64,000 nucleotides of DNA from Bacteroidales bacterium (GCA_024401635.1 JAKSKP010000001.1:21364-85363); one strand, 5' to 3'; shown: positions 37,489-46,953, counted from the first letter of the stretch. Program-made: numbers and translations. The notes: generated by a model from the sequence alone, not told the origin.

Positions 37489-38580
37489 TCAGAGTGTCAC
37501 GTTATGCTCGGTGCTGTCCCAGGCATCCACCGTGCAGCTCACGAAGAAGATTTCCTGGTCTTCGAGTACGGGGTCGAGGTCCTCGTCCGTGCCGTCGCCG
37601 TTATCCTCTTCATAGCCTCCGCCTGCAAGGTCGATGGTGTAGGTGTACTTGTAGCCGGGGTTCCAGTCGAGCGCCACGGGCCAGCAGCACCAGCGTTCGG
37701 ATGCCACTACGGTGCCGTCTGCGGCATTCCTGATGGTCATCTTCACTGCAAGATAGGCTCCGTTCATGGCTGCATCATCCGCAGCGGAAGTGTAGCTCCC
37801 GGCCTTTGGCTGGGCCTGGGGGAGGAGTATCCACGATTCGCCGAGCTGGGTTGCGGCCGCGTCGGGTGCTATGCTTGCGGAAATCCCGGTCTGGGCATAG
37901 AGCCTGGAAGCGTCCGCGGCTCCGTCGGTGGCAGTCCAGTCGCTTCTGGACAGGTTGGCGCCGTCACGCTCGTCCGTTGTCGCATCGGCTACGGACAGGG
38001 CCTTGAAGTCGCCCGCCTTGTTCACGAAAGCCACCTTGATGCCGGTTACGTCGCACCGCAGCGTGCTGCTCGTGTTCCTGGCCCTCACTACAATCTGGCT
38101 CAGGGCGTGGCGGAAGTTGAGGGTGACACCTGAAGTCTCACGCGTTGTGGACAGGTGTTTGGCGTAAAGGACATCCTTCTGGTCCGCGGCCGTTTCGCCG
38201 ACGGCGTAGCTGAATGCATCGGCTGCGCTGTCCCTTTCGATGGTCTCGGGCCATACGGCGTGGAAGGTCAGGGTGTGGGCCGCATCCATTTCGGCGGGCC
38301 AGTAGTAGGGCGTTGTGTCTGAATACCAGTATGAACCGTCGAATTTGAAGTTGTTCAGGAAATACCTGCTGACGGTGCCGGCATTGTCGTAGGACGCCCA
38401 CACGTTGAATTTGTCGCCGGTGGCGAAGGCTGTCTTCGAAGCAGCCTTGGAGGCCATTCCGACCTGGGTGCGGAAATTGATCGCGTCAGGCTGTGAAATG
38501 CTGACGACTTCTGATTTGTTGCAGCTTGCCAGAGCCGTAACTGCGGCTGCGAGGGCAAGGATTTTGAGATTTGTTTTCAT
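37489..38580 (-). CDS. Fimbrillin-family lipoprotein (likely major type V pilin)
   Basis: Lipobox LASC, YYWP, LNFRHALSQI, WNPGYKYTYTIDL, C-terminal IFFVSCTVDAW donor-strand pattern; start at MKTNLK. Confidence 0.85.
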   Translation of the reverse strand: MKTNLKILALAAAVTALASCNKSEVVSISQPDAINFRTQVGMASKAASKTAFATGDKFNVWASYDNAGTVSRYFLNNFKFDGSYWYSDTTPYYWPAEMDAAHTLTFHAVWPETIERDSAADAFSYAVGETAADQKDVLYAKHLSTTRETSGVTLNFRHALSQIVVRARNTSSTLRCDVTGIKVAFVNKAGDFKALSVADATTDERDGANLSRSDWTATDGAADASRLYAQTGISASIAPDAAATQLGESWILLPQAQPKAGSYTSAADDAAMNGAYLAVKMTIRNAADGTVVASERWCCWPVALDWNPGYKYTYTIDLAGGGYEEDNGDGTDEDLDPVLEDQEIFFVSCTVDAWDSTEHNVTL

Positions 38581-38621
38581 TTCTTTTTTGTTTTTGAAGT
38601 TTTTTTGTTGTTCTGATTTAT

Positions 38622-39554
38622 CTACATTGATAAGTCTATGTATTCTCCTTCCCATCCGTCCACGGTGGGCTGGAAGCCGGAACCGTTGGAAATGGGCTTT
38701 GGTATCTCTATGTCAAGGTCGACCTCTATGTCGCCGGTCATTCTCCCTTCGCGGGAGAGTTCGTCCATCCGCCCGCTGACATCTGCCGTGACGGTGTACT
38801 GCTGGCCGTCCAGCAGGGTGAAGCTCAGTGTCAGGATGTGGTTCAGACATTTGCTGTGCCTGTGCCCGAAAATTGTGATCTGCCCCGCAAGAACCGTCTC
38901 GCCGGCCCGGGCCATGTCCAGGGTCTGTGTATGGCTGGCGTCGGAGGGCAGGCAGGGGACTTCCAGATAGCTGCAGGACAGGCTCGACAGGGAAGCCTTA
39001 CACCCCCTGGCTCCGCCCAGATTGTGTATGTTCCTGACAATCACGGTGTAGCGCGGAGTCCTCTGTACGGGATACATCACCAGTGTCTGCTGGACTTTGT
39101 CCTCTATGCCGACTACCGCGAGTGTGTGGTCGCTGTACAGTATGTCAGGTTCCAGGATGGAATCGTCGGCTTTGCCTGCGGCGCGTGTCGTGACGGTGAA
39201 GTCTTCGAAGTTGTCCGAGTCGTCGGTGAAGCGGTTGGCGCCCGTGCCGGTATTGACACAAATGGCCCTGTATGCTCCGGAGGGGACCTCGATGGTTCCG
39301 CCGTGTATGTCATAGAACTGGTAGTGGAGAGGACGGAAGGCTCCGGATTCCGGCCGGATAGGATTTTCCGGACTGATGACGGGAAACAGGAAGAGTTCCA
39401 TGTTCTGCCCGACCGGCTCCTGCGCTTTCGTCCAGTCGAACACCACTTTCAGGCTCCCGTTATGGGGATGATCGTAGCAAAGTTCCTTGTGCTGGCAGGA
39501 GATTGTGGCGGTCAGGGCGGCCAGTGCCGCTGCTATGTGTCTTTTCATCTTCAT
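38622..39554 (-). CDS. DUF5119-type lipoprotein (pilus anchor-like)
   Basis: SCQHKELCYDHPH..VVFDW N-terminus and GSGFQPTVDGWE C-terminus. Confidence 0.8.
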   Translation of the reverse strand: MKMKRHIAAALAALTATISCQHKELCYDHPHNGSLKVVFDWTKAQEPVGQNMELFLFPVISPENPIRPESGAFRPLHYQFYDIHGGTIEVPSGAYRAICVNTGTGANRFTDDSDNFEDFTVTTRAAGKADDSILEPDILYSDHTLAVVGIEDKVQQTLVMYPVQRTPRYTVIVRNIHNLGGARGCKASLSSLSCSYLEVPCLPSDASHTQTLDMARAGETVLAGQITIFGHRHSKCLNHILTLSFTLLDGQQYTVTADVSGRMDELSREGRMTGDIEVDLDIEIPKPISNGSGFQPTVDGWEGEYIDLSM

Positions 39555-40324
39555 TTTATCTTGCGTGTGAGGTCCAGGGTCCATACAAGGCTGATTTCCA
39601 GACGAGTGGGACCGAAATAGTGCATTTTGCCAGTTGACTGCCATACATAATGCAGTTCTTTAGGGATGGCGTTGGGGACGGGCAGGTATTCCTTGTACTT
39701 TCCTCCGGCGTATCCGATTCCGACGGAAAAGTCGATGTTCAGATTCTTCGCCACGGGCAGGGAATAGCCGTATTCAAGTCCGGCGAACCTTCCCCATTCA
39801 TCCCGCCAGTCGCAGATGATTCCGCGGGAGCCGAGTTCGAAGTCGTAGGTTACGATTCCCGCGTACAGACCTACGTGATGGCCGGAAAGGCCGCTTGCGT
39901 TTCCGATGCTGCGGGAGCGTTGCCCGCCTCCGAAATACTTGCGTACGCCTATGTCCGCGGAGAACGCCCTCCAGAAGAGCCTGCTTCTGTCAGACCACCA
40001 TCCGTACAGGACGTTTCCCCCTATGCTCCAGCCTTTGCCTAGCCCCGCTTCCATACCGATGTTGGGCAGGAGCGCGAGATCGTAAAGCGTGTTGGTCCTG
40101 AGCTGCAGGTAGAAGTGCTTCACTTCCTGCTGCCGTGGTGCGGAGTAATGTGGCGGGATTATCCCGCAGTCGTACCTGTATATGGCGCAACCTGTCATAT
40201 CGGCAGGTTTTTTGCCGTCAGCGACAACTATTGCCGCGGGCAGTTCTTCCGCGTGTGTATGGAATGTGGATATCGCGATTGCCGCCAGGCACATTCCTAT
40301 TCTTATTTTCAGATTCCTTTTCAT
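39551..40324 (-). CDS. DUF3575-type outer-membrane beta-barrel
   Basis: LRTNTLYD..LPNIGME, YGYSLP, NIDFSVGIGY, YFGPTRLEISLVW. Confidence 0.85.
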   Translation of the reverse strand: MKRNLKIRIGMCLAAIAISTFHTHAEELPAAIVVADGKKPADMTGCAIYRYDCGIIPPHYSAPRQQEVKHFYLQLRTNTLYDLALLPNIGMEAGLGKGWSIGGNVLYGWWSDRSRLFWRAFSADIGVRKYFGGGQRSRSIGNASGLSGHHVGLYAGIVTYDFELGSRGIICDWRDEWGRFAGLEYGYSLPVAKNLNIDFSVGIGYAGGKYKEYLPVPNAIPKELHYVWQSTGKMHYFGPTRLEISLVWTLDLTRKIK

Positions 40325-40486
40325 TTTTTCGGTTTGCGCTGCAAAGATGCCGGATTGCCGCCAACCAGGCGTTGTACGACGGAGAGTTTTTCGTGGCTTG
40401 TGACAGGGACTTTTGTGGTATAATTTTTGTCATTCGGGCTCTGAACGGTATGTCCCTGAAATTTTGACAGAATAAATTACCACGGA

Positions 40487-41572
40487 ATGGGAACTTTGGA
40501 TATCAACGTTATTTTCGCTTTTGTCACGTCGGCGGTGCAGCTGGCGCTGGCCGTTATGGTTCTCTGTCTTCATCCGAAGCGCTGTCAGACCTGCGGAAAA
40601 CAGCGTACGGCACGGCTTCTTCTGGCGCTGTCTCTGCTGATTTCGATGGCTGGCAACCTGGCCAGGTCGTTCTTCACCATCCCTGACATCGTCTTCGACG
40701 TGTTCTTTTTCTGGTCCTGCTCCACGCAGAACATACTGATGGGCTTCATTTCCATACTTTTTGCCAATCCCACCAGGATAAGCCGGCGCTTCGTCGCCCT
40801 CAACTGCCTTGCCTACGCGTTCTTCAACCTGGCGCTGATTGTATGCGCGGCCGCCTTCCCGTCCGCTTTCACCTACGTGTTCATCTGCGGTTTCGTGGCC
40901 GGCATAGTGCAGAGCATACATATATGCAGGGTGGCGGTGAAGGAGTACAGGGCGACCACATTGCTGCTTGAGGACTATTACGCGGAGGATTTCAATTATA
41001 TGCTCCGTTATCAGAACAGGTTCATAGCCGCCATTGCGCTCGGTATGGCGCTCCTGGTCGCCGTGCCGTTCATGGGTGGTGTCTTCTTTGTCTGGCGCAT
41101 ACTGTTCATAGGGTTCTACATCTATGTGGCCGTTCTTTTCATAGACCAGAGCTACAGCATGAATCTCGTTTCGCAGCTCTACGACCATCTGGAGGTCGAG
41201 GAAGGAGCCCGTGAGAGCTCAGGGTCGCTGGAAAGGCTCGGTGTAGCGTTGAAGAAATGGGTGGACAAGAAGAATTATGTCGTCTCGGACGTGTCCACGG
41301 AAAGCATTGCGGAGTCCCTTGACACTGACATTCTGACGTTCAGGGAATATTTCCGGCAGGTGGTCGGCGAGGATTTCCGCACCTGGCGGCAGAGGCTGCG
41401 CATCGAGGAGGCCTGCCGGCTGATGGCCGAGGATCCTTCGATGAGCTACGAGATAGTCTCGGAGGCGGTCGGCATCAACGACAGGAGCAACTTCAAGAAG
41501 TCCTTTGCGAAGTTCAAGGGAATGTCTCCTTCCGAGTGGAAAAAATCGGCAATTCACACCGGTGATTCGTAA
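40487..41572 (+). CDS. Membrane-embedded AraC-family transcriptional regulator
   Basis: About six TM segments then FRTWRQRLRIEEA..VGINDRSNFKKSF..GMSPSEW HTH; divergent from the pilus genes. Confidence 0.88.
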   Translation: MGTLDINVIFAFVTSAVQLALAVMVLCLHPKRCQTCGKQRTARLLLALSLLISMAGNLARSFFTIPDIVFDVFFFWSCSTQNILMGFISILFANPTRISRRFVALNCLAYAFFNLALIVCAAAFPSAFTYVFICGFVAGIVQSIHICRVAVKEYRATTLLLEDYYAEDFNYMLRYQNRFIAAIALGMALLVAVPFMGGVFFVWRILFIGFYIYVAVLFIDQSYSMNLVSQLYDHLEVEEGARESSGSLERLGVALKKWVDKKNYVVSDVSTESIAESLDTDILTFREYFRQVVGEDFRTWRQRLRIEEACRLMAEDPSMSYEIVSEAVGINDRSNFKKSFAKFKGMSPSEWKKSAIHTGDS

Positions 41573-41638
41573 GAGTGCCAACTTTTTTTCGTACCTTCGC
41601 AAGATATTATGCTTCACTGAAGCATTGAAACTGCTTAT

Positions 41639-42709
41639 ATGATTCTTTTCAACAGCGATTATCTGGAGGGCTGCTGCCCGCAGATACTGCAGAAACTGCA
41701 GGATACGAACCTGGAACAGACGCCGGGCTACGGCTGCGACGATTATTGCGAGAGTGCCCGTGCACTTGTCAGACGCCTTTGCGGCAGGCCTGATGCCGAC
41801 GTCCATTTCCTTGTGGGAGGCACCCAGACCAATGCGACCGTGATAGCTTCGGTGCTCAAGCCCTACCAGGGGGTGATGTGCGCCTCCACGGGTCATATCA
41901 ACGTGCATGAGACGGGAGCCGTCGAGCATACGGGCCACAAGGTGATAGCTCTGCCATCCGTGGACGGCAAGGTGTCAGGGGCTGACGTACAGGCCTGCCT
42001 GGAAGGACATTTCGGCCAGGACGGCCCGGAACACGAGGTGCAGCCCGGTATGCTGTACCTGTCCTATCCTACCGAGCTTGGCACGCTGTACACCCGTGAG
42101 GAACTTACGGACTTTAAGCGCGTGTGCGGAAAGTTCGGTATTCCGCTATTTGTGGACGGCGCGAGGCTGGGCTACGGTCTGGCGTCCGAAAAGTGCGATC
42201 TGACACTGCAGGAGCTCGCTTCGCTGTGCGACGTGTTCTACATCGGCGGCACCAAGCAGGGTGCCCTTTTCGGGGAGGCGGTTGTAATTTGTAACGAAAA
42301 GCTTCGCAAAGATTTTCGATATTTCATCAAACAGGGCGGAGGAATGCTTGCAAAGGGCAGATTGCTGGGCTTGCAGTTTGAAACTCTGCTGTCTCCGGAG
42401 CAGGGGAGCGGGACCGGCGCGGAAGGTATGGGGAACAGCCTGTACGTCGCCCTTGCCCGCGAAGCTGACCGCAAGGCTGCGGCGTTGCGCGATGCTTTTG
42501 CCGCCGCAGGATGTGAGTTCTTTGTGCAAAGTTTTACCAATCAGATATTTCCCATACTTTCCCCCGAGCTTGTGTCGCGTCTGGAGGGCCGTTTCGGCTA
42601 TCAGCTCTGGCGTGTGCTTCCTGACGGCCGTACAGTGGCGCGCTTCTGCACGAGCTGGGCTTCCTCCACATATAATGTGGAAAAGTTGATAGATTTGTTG
42701 AAAAATTAG
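41639..42709 (+). CDS. ltaE: Low-specificity L-threonine aldolase
   Basis: FNSDY, GGTQTN, HETGA, DGARL, GGTKQGALFGEA. Confidence 0.85.
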   Translation: MILFNSDYLEGCCPQILQKLQDTNLEQTPGYGCDDYCESARALVRRLCGRPDADVHFLVGGTQTNATVIASVLKPYQGVMCASTGHINVHETGAVEHTGHKVIALPSVDGKVSGADVQACLEGHFGQDGPEHEVQPGMLYLSYPTELGTLYTREELTDFKRVCGKFGIPLFVDGARLGYGLASEKCDLTLQELASLCDVFYIGGTKQGALFGEAVVICNEKLRKDFRYFIKQGGGMLAKGRLLGLQFETLLSPEQGSGTGAEGMGNSLYVALAREADRKAAALRDAFAAAGCEFFVQSFTNQIFPILSPELVSRLEGRFGYQLWRVLPDGRTVARFCTSWASSTYNVEKLIDLLKN

Positions 42710-42717
42710 TTGAATTG

Positions 42718-42749
42718 TTTGCGTAAGTTGCAGATTATTTCTAAATTTG
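42718..42749 (+). promoter_or_regulatory. Bacteroidota promoter (-33/-7) for the YjbH-like locus
   Basis: TTTG 42718-42721 and TAAATTTG 42742-42749, 20-nt spacer. Confidence 0.65.
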
Positions 42750-42776
42750 TAACTTCGAATGGTGTATTCGATATAG

Positions 42777-44066
42777 ATGTTTGACAAAAGAATCACTTGC
42801 GTGTTTTGTAAAGGCCTGATATTGACGGCTTTCCTTCTTTGCGCCTGCCCTTGTGGCTATGCGCAGGGTGATTTGGAAACGCTCAAGACCGCGCTCAAGG
42901 AACAGGGGTTCAGCAATATCCGGGCTGTGTCCGAGGATTCGCTGACTGTTCTTACGATTCAGAACGATGCCTACAAGCTTCAGGCTTCCGGCATTGCGGC
43001 CGCAATCAGGACCCTGGAGGAAGACGGAGTTCTGAATGAAGGTGTGGTCAAGTTGATAGTCCTGGACTATGACGTTCCGCAGGTGACGCTGACTTACGAT
43101 TCCAAAGTTGGGGATTGGGATGTTTCCCACCATCTCGAACGGTCGGACTGGAAGCTGGTGCGCAGGGACCGCAAGACCAGCAGCTCCTTCGGCAAGGTGG
43201 ACATTGTGGTTTATCCTCAGGTTTCCCTTATGAACCTGATCATCACCCAGGTCTATCAGAGCCTCTGGCAGCTGAGTCCGGCGATAGAGATGACCCTCTG
43301 GCCCGGATCCAAAGTTTCGTATCAGGTCAAATTCCCGATATGGAACGACGGTTACGGCGCGAGTGAGGACAAGATTCATCCGGGTATGATTACCTTGTCG
43401 CAGCGCTTCAGGCTTCCTCTTGACATTACGGGCAAGGCTGCCGTTGGAGTGTTCGCGAACAATCGCTACGGATTCGGTATTGAGATGCAGAAGCGCTTCT
43501 CATTCGCACCCTGGCTGATGCTGGAGGGCGGATTCAGAATGCTGGGCCTGTGCTATTTCGAGGGTTTCAATTTCCATATGAGCAAGGAATTGGAGCCGTT
43601 CTGGAATGTGGGGCTGAACTTCTACTGGCCGAGGGTCGACACGGAGTTCAAGCTCAAGGCGGAGAAATTCCTGCTTGCGGACATAGGGGCCAAGGCTGAG
43701 ATGATTCGACACTTCCGCTACTGCAGCATAGGCTTCTACGTGGAAAAGGGTTTCAATACCTACGCTCATACCAACGGAGGTTTCCGGTTCCAGATCGCTC
43801 TGCCTCCCTACAGGTACAGGCGTCCCGGTTACTGGCCGAGGGTGACCACTTCAGGGCAGATGGGTATGGCCTACAATGCCAACAACGAGCAACGCTGGTA
43901 CAAGGAAACCAGGCTGGAGTCGTCAGACAACATAATGAACAGCAATGCGTTCAACCCGTATTACATAAAGAAGGAGATCAAGAGGCTGAAGGAGGTTGAA
44001 ATCAAGAAGGAACAGAAGAGGAAGGAAAAGGAATTGAAAAAAATGGAAAAACAGAATAAAAATTAA
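42777..44066 (+). CDS. YjbH-like outer-membrane protein
   Basis: Signal peptide, LKEQGFSNI N-domain, alternating beta-strand pattern, FLLADIG..RHF, GGFRFQIALPP. Confidence 0.6.
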   Translation: MFDKRITCVFCKGLILTAFLLCACPCGYAQGDLETLKTALKEQGFSNIRAVSEDSLTVLTIQNDAYKLQASGIAAAIRTLEEDGVLNEGVVKLIVLDYDVPQVTLTYDSKVGDWDVSHHLERSDWKLVRRDRKTSSSFGKVDIVVYPQVSLMNLIITQVYQSLWQLSPAIEMTLWPGSKVSYQVKFPIWNDGYGASEDKIHPGMITLSQRFRLPLDITGKAAVGVFANNRYGFGIEMQKRFSFAPWLMLEGGFRMLGLCYFEGFNFHMSKELEPFWNVGLNFYWPRVDTEFKLKAEKFLLADIGAKAEMIRHFRYCSIGFYVEKGFNTYAHTNGGFRFQIALPPYRYRRPGYWPRVTTSGQMGMAYNANNEQRWYKETRLESSDNIMNSNAFNPYYIKKEIKRLKEVEIKKEQKRKEKELKKMEKQNKN

Positions 44067-44095
44067 ATAACAAATTATTAAAACAAATCTATCCG

Positions 44096-45664
44096 ATGAA
44101 AAAGTTTTTTAAGAATCTGGCTTTTGCCAGTCTTGCGATTGCGGGTATTCTTGTTTCCTCCTGCAAAATTGAGGACATCAATACCACTTTCCAGCCCAAA
44201 AACGCAGAAGCTACCATTACGGTTACTGCTCTGGATGCACTCAATGCCAATCTGAACATTACCAACGATCCCGAGCTTAAGCTTTCGGCTTCAAGCACGG
44301 CCAATGTGGTCATTGAACAGTCCGGCAACGTGTTCTCTATCAAGGGTGCTCCTGCACTTCCCGAGCAGACGGTGACAATTTCCGCCGACTATAAGGGAGA
44401 AACTGCTTCCAGCACCGTGAAAATCAACAGCCTTCTTGCCGGTGGCATCGCAGACTATACCTCAACTGTCGTTGTAGGTACTCCCGATCCCACTCCCGCT
44501 TATGCTTTCATAGCCGTTACCGTTTGGGATAATGAAGACGGAGTTGACGTTACTGAAAAAGCCAATCTTGACATTGAGTATGATGGAGACTTCCAGGCAG
44601 CTATCAGTAAAGGTACAATCACTATAGAAGGAGAGAACGGAATTCCTGCAATGCCTGCCAAGATTACTGCCATCTATTATAAGGGTGAAAGGACTCTCAA
44701 AGGTGAAGCTACTCTCAATATCGACAAGATTGAGAAATGGGACTACAAGAACTACGCTGTCACCATCGCTCTCGGTGTCGCTCCCGTCACCGAGCCCGCT
44801 GAGGTTTCCATAACCGTTCTTGTGTACGATTTCCTTACCGAAACATTTGTTACTGAGGATGCCGAAGTTCTGGCTTCTTCATCGCTTACCGGCTCCCTCA
44901 CTCCTACAGGAAACGTGTTTACCATCACTGGTACCGAAGAGGCACCTGCCATCCCTGCACAGCAGATTTACATCGGTGCCAAATATAATGGAAAATATGC
45001 TGCTGAAGAGACTCTCAATCTCGGTGAGCTCCCTCCCGGCGCCACGCTTCCGTATGAGATCACCGTACCTGTCGACAGCCCTGCAATCTACCCTCTTCAA
45101 CAGGCCGGTGAACCTACTTCAACCAAGGTAGTCGGTACTTTCTTCTCTCCCAATGGCCATCAGACCTACACTCACGATTACAAACACGCAACAACCGGTC
45201 ATGGCGAGGGCGAGGGCCAGTGGCTCTACAATGAGACTGAATTCATCCTCGTGGCTGATACCGAGTACAAGAGCGAGTATGGTGTTGTTGAATCAGTACC
45301 CGAGTATACTGATGCTGCAACCGAGATCGAGAAGGCTATTGTCGATTCATATGCAGAACTGCTTGACAATCCCGTTGCCAAGACAGAGACCAAGAAGCTC
45401 CCTATGAAGATTTCCGCTTTCGCAATGTACTCTGCTTACGGAACAAAGATTTATACCACTACAGTTTACAATGTAATACGTCACATCACCGGCAAGGAAG
45501 ATGTTGTCGTAGGTACAATCACAGTGAAAGAGGTTGCCACCCAGGCCGAATACTGCGAAGCCGCAATGCCCGGTCATTCAGGTCACTATCACTACGGCCA
45601 CGGCCACGACGATGTTCACGGCTACAGCAGCAACGCTGGTGGTGGTATCATCTTCGCTGAGTAA
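44096..45664 (+). CDS. DUF3869-like surface lipoprotein with three Ig-like repeats and His-rich C-terminus
   Basis: Lipobox VSSC followed by KIED; repeats starting AEATITV/AYAFIAV/AEVSITV; tail HYHYGHGHDDVHGYSSNAGGGIIFAE. Confidence 0.7.
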   Translation: MKKFFKNLAFASLAIAGILVSSCKIEDINTTFQPKNAEATITVTALDALNANLNITNDPELKLSASSTANVVIEQSGNVFSIKGAPALPEQTVTISADYKGETASSTVKINSLLAGGIADYTSTVVVGTPDPTPAYAFIAVTVWDNEDGVDVTEKANLDIEYDGDFQAAISKGTITIEGENGIPAMPAKITAIYYKGERTLKGEATLNIDKIEKWDYKNYAVTIALGVAPVTEPAEVSITVLVYDFLTETFVTEDAEVLASSSLTGSLTPTGNVFTITGTEEAPAIPAQQIYIGAKYNGKYAAEETLNLGELPPGATLPYEITVPVDSPAIYPLQQAGEPTSTKVVGTFFSPNGHQTYTHDYKHATTGHGEGEGQWLYNETEFILVADTEYKSEYGVVESVPEYTDAATEIEKAIVDSYAELLDNPVAKTETKKLPMKISAFAMYSAYGTKIYTTTVYNVIRHITGKEDVVVGTITVKEVATQAEYCEAAMPGHSGHYHYGHGHDDVHGYSSNAGGGIIFAE

Positions 45665-45705
45665 TACACAACTATACCTTATTAATAAATTAAAGTAGAA
45701 CGATT

Positions 45706-46824
45706 ATGAAACTTAAATATTTCGCAGTTGCTGCAGCTCTGGTTTCTTGTGTATTCACAGCCAACGCACAGCAGGAGGAAAAACTTGGCAACGACATTTG
45801 GCTCGGTGTCAACGGCGGTGTCATCTCAACCACCACCACCACTAAGATGAACAAGGTTCAGCCTTATATCTCAATTGAGGTTGGTAAATGGTTCACCCCT
45901 GTATGGGGAGGCCGCATCGCCCTCGCCGGCATCAGCCAGTACTATGGTGATGAGCCCAAATCAATGTATCTTCAGAATGTTGACAGTTGGAGCAGCAAGC
46001 AGTATTTCGGTGAACTGAATGTTGACGGTATCCTGAATCTTTCTCAGGCCATCAGCAAGAAGTCTCTTCCCCTTTGTGACTTCTACCTCTTCCTCGGTCC
46101 CACGATGAACCTCGCTTCAAAGTGCACTGAGTTCACAGGTGCTGCCACAGCCAACGGTACTTATGTTGTAGACGATGCAAATGGTCTTAAGGCCCGTTTC
46201 GGTATCACAGGTGGTGCCGGCCTCTCTTTCAACGTGTCAAAGACTTGCGCTCTCGGTATTGAATATCGTACAGGCGTTACTCCTTCAATCTTCGGTGATG
46301 CTTCAGTTTGCCGCAAGGCTGAGAACACCAACCGCTTCTCAATCCGCTTCGCCTACACCTTCGGCGGCCGTCTCGGAAAGGATGGCTTCGCAAAGAAGTA
46401 TGGCCGCGTCGAGACTGTTACCAACACTGTTGAGGTTCCCGTTGAGAAGATTGTGACCAAAGAGGTTGTCAAGGAAGTTGAGAAGATCGTCACCAAGACT
46501 TCTCCCGCCGGCAGCTATGTATTCTTCCAGATTGGTAAGTACAACATCACCGACCAGGATAGGGTTCGCCTCACCGAGGTTGCCAAAGCTATCAAGGAAG
46601 GTCCCAAGGACGTTGTTTACACTATCTCCGGTAACGCTGATAAGTCAACCGGTTCTGCAAAGGTTAACCAGAAACTTTCTGAGAATCGTGCCAAGACCGT
46701 TTACGACTTCCTCGTAAAGGAAGGTGTCAACCCCGATCAGCTCAAGACTGTTGCCAACGGTGGTGTTGACAATATGTTCTTCAACCAGGCTGCTCTCTCA
46801 CGTGTTTCTATCATCGCTGAGTAA
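45706..46824 (+). CDS. OmpA-family outer-membrane protein
   Basis: VGKWFTPVWGGR barrel; C-terminal GNADKSTGSAKVNQKLSENRAKTV peptidoglycan-binding domain. Confidence 0.92.
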   Translation: MKLKYFAVAAALVSCVFTANAQQEEKLGNDIWLGVNGGVISTTTTTKMNKVQPYISIEVGKWFTPVWGGRIALAGISQYYGDEPKSMYLQNVDSWSSKQYFGELNVDGILNLSQAISKKSLPLCDFYLFLGPTMNLASKCTEFTGAATANGTYVVDDANGLKARFGITGGAGLSFNVSKTCALGIEYRTGVTPSIFGDASVCRKAENTNRFSIRFAYTFGGRLGKDGFAKKYGRVETVTNTVEVPVEKIVTKEVVKEVEKIVTKTSPAGSYVFFQIGKYNITDQDRVRLTEVAKAIKEGPKDVVYTISGNADKSTGSAKVNQKLSENRAKTVYDFLVKEGVNPDQLKTVANGGVDNMFFNQAALSRVSIIAE

Positions 46825-46843
46825 TCCCAGCCACATAACAAAT

Positions 46844-46885
46844 GGTACAGAAAAAGGATGGTGAAAACCATCCTTTTTCTGTACC
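46844..46885. terminator. Bidirectional intrinsic terminator between ompA and the tRNA
   Basis: Perfect 19-bp stem GGTACAGAAAAAGGATGGT / ACCATCCTTTTTCTGTACC with GAAA loop. Confidence 0.85.
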
Positions 46886-46953
46886 CCCCAGGCGAATCGA
46901 ACGCCTATCGTAGGAACCGGAATCCCAAATTTTATCCATTAAACTAGGGGGGC
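46882..46953 (-). tRNA. tRNA-Arg(CCG), CCA not encoded
   Basis: GCCCCCC-TAGTTTAATGGATAAAAT-TTGGGATTCCGGTTCCTA-CGAT-AGGCGTTCGATTCGCCT-GGGGGGT-A: acceptor, D, anticodon (CCG) and T arms all fold. Confidence 0.92.

Noticed and set aside
40325-40486. Invertible (phase-variable) pilus promoter
   Set aside because: Inverted repeats are short or imperfect and no recombinase is nearby; kept only as possible operator motifs
35665-46953. Genomic island integrated at tRNA-Arg
   Set aside because: No integrase and no duplicate of the tRNA 3' end noticed; housekeeping ltaE lies within the interval
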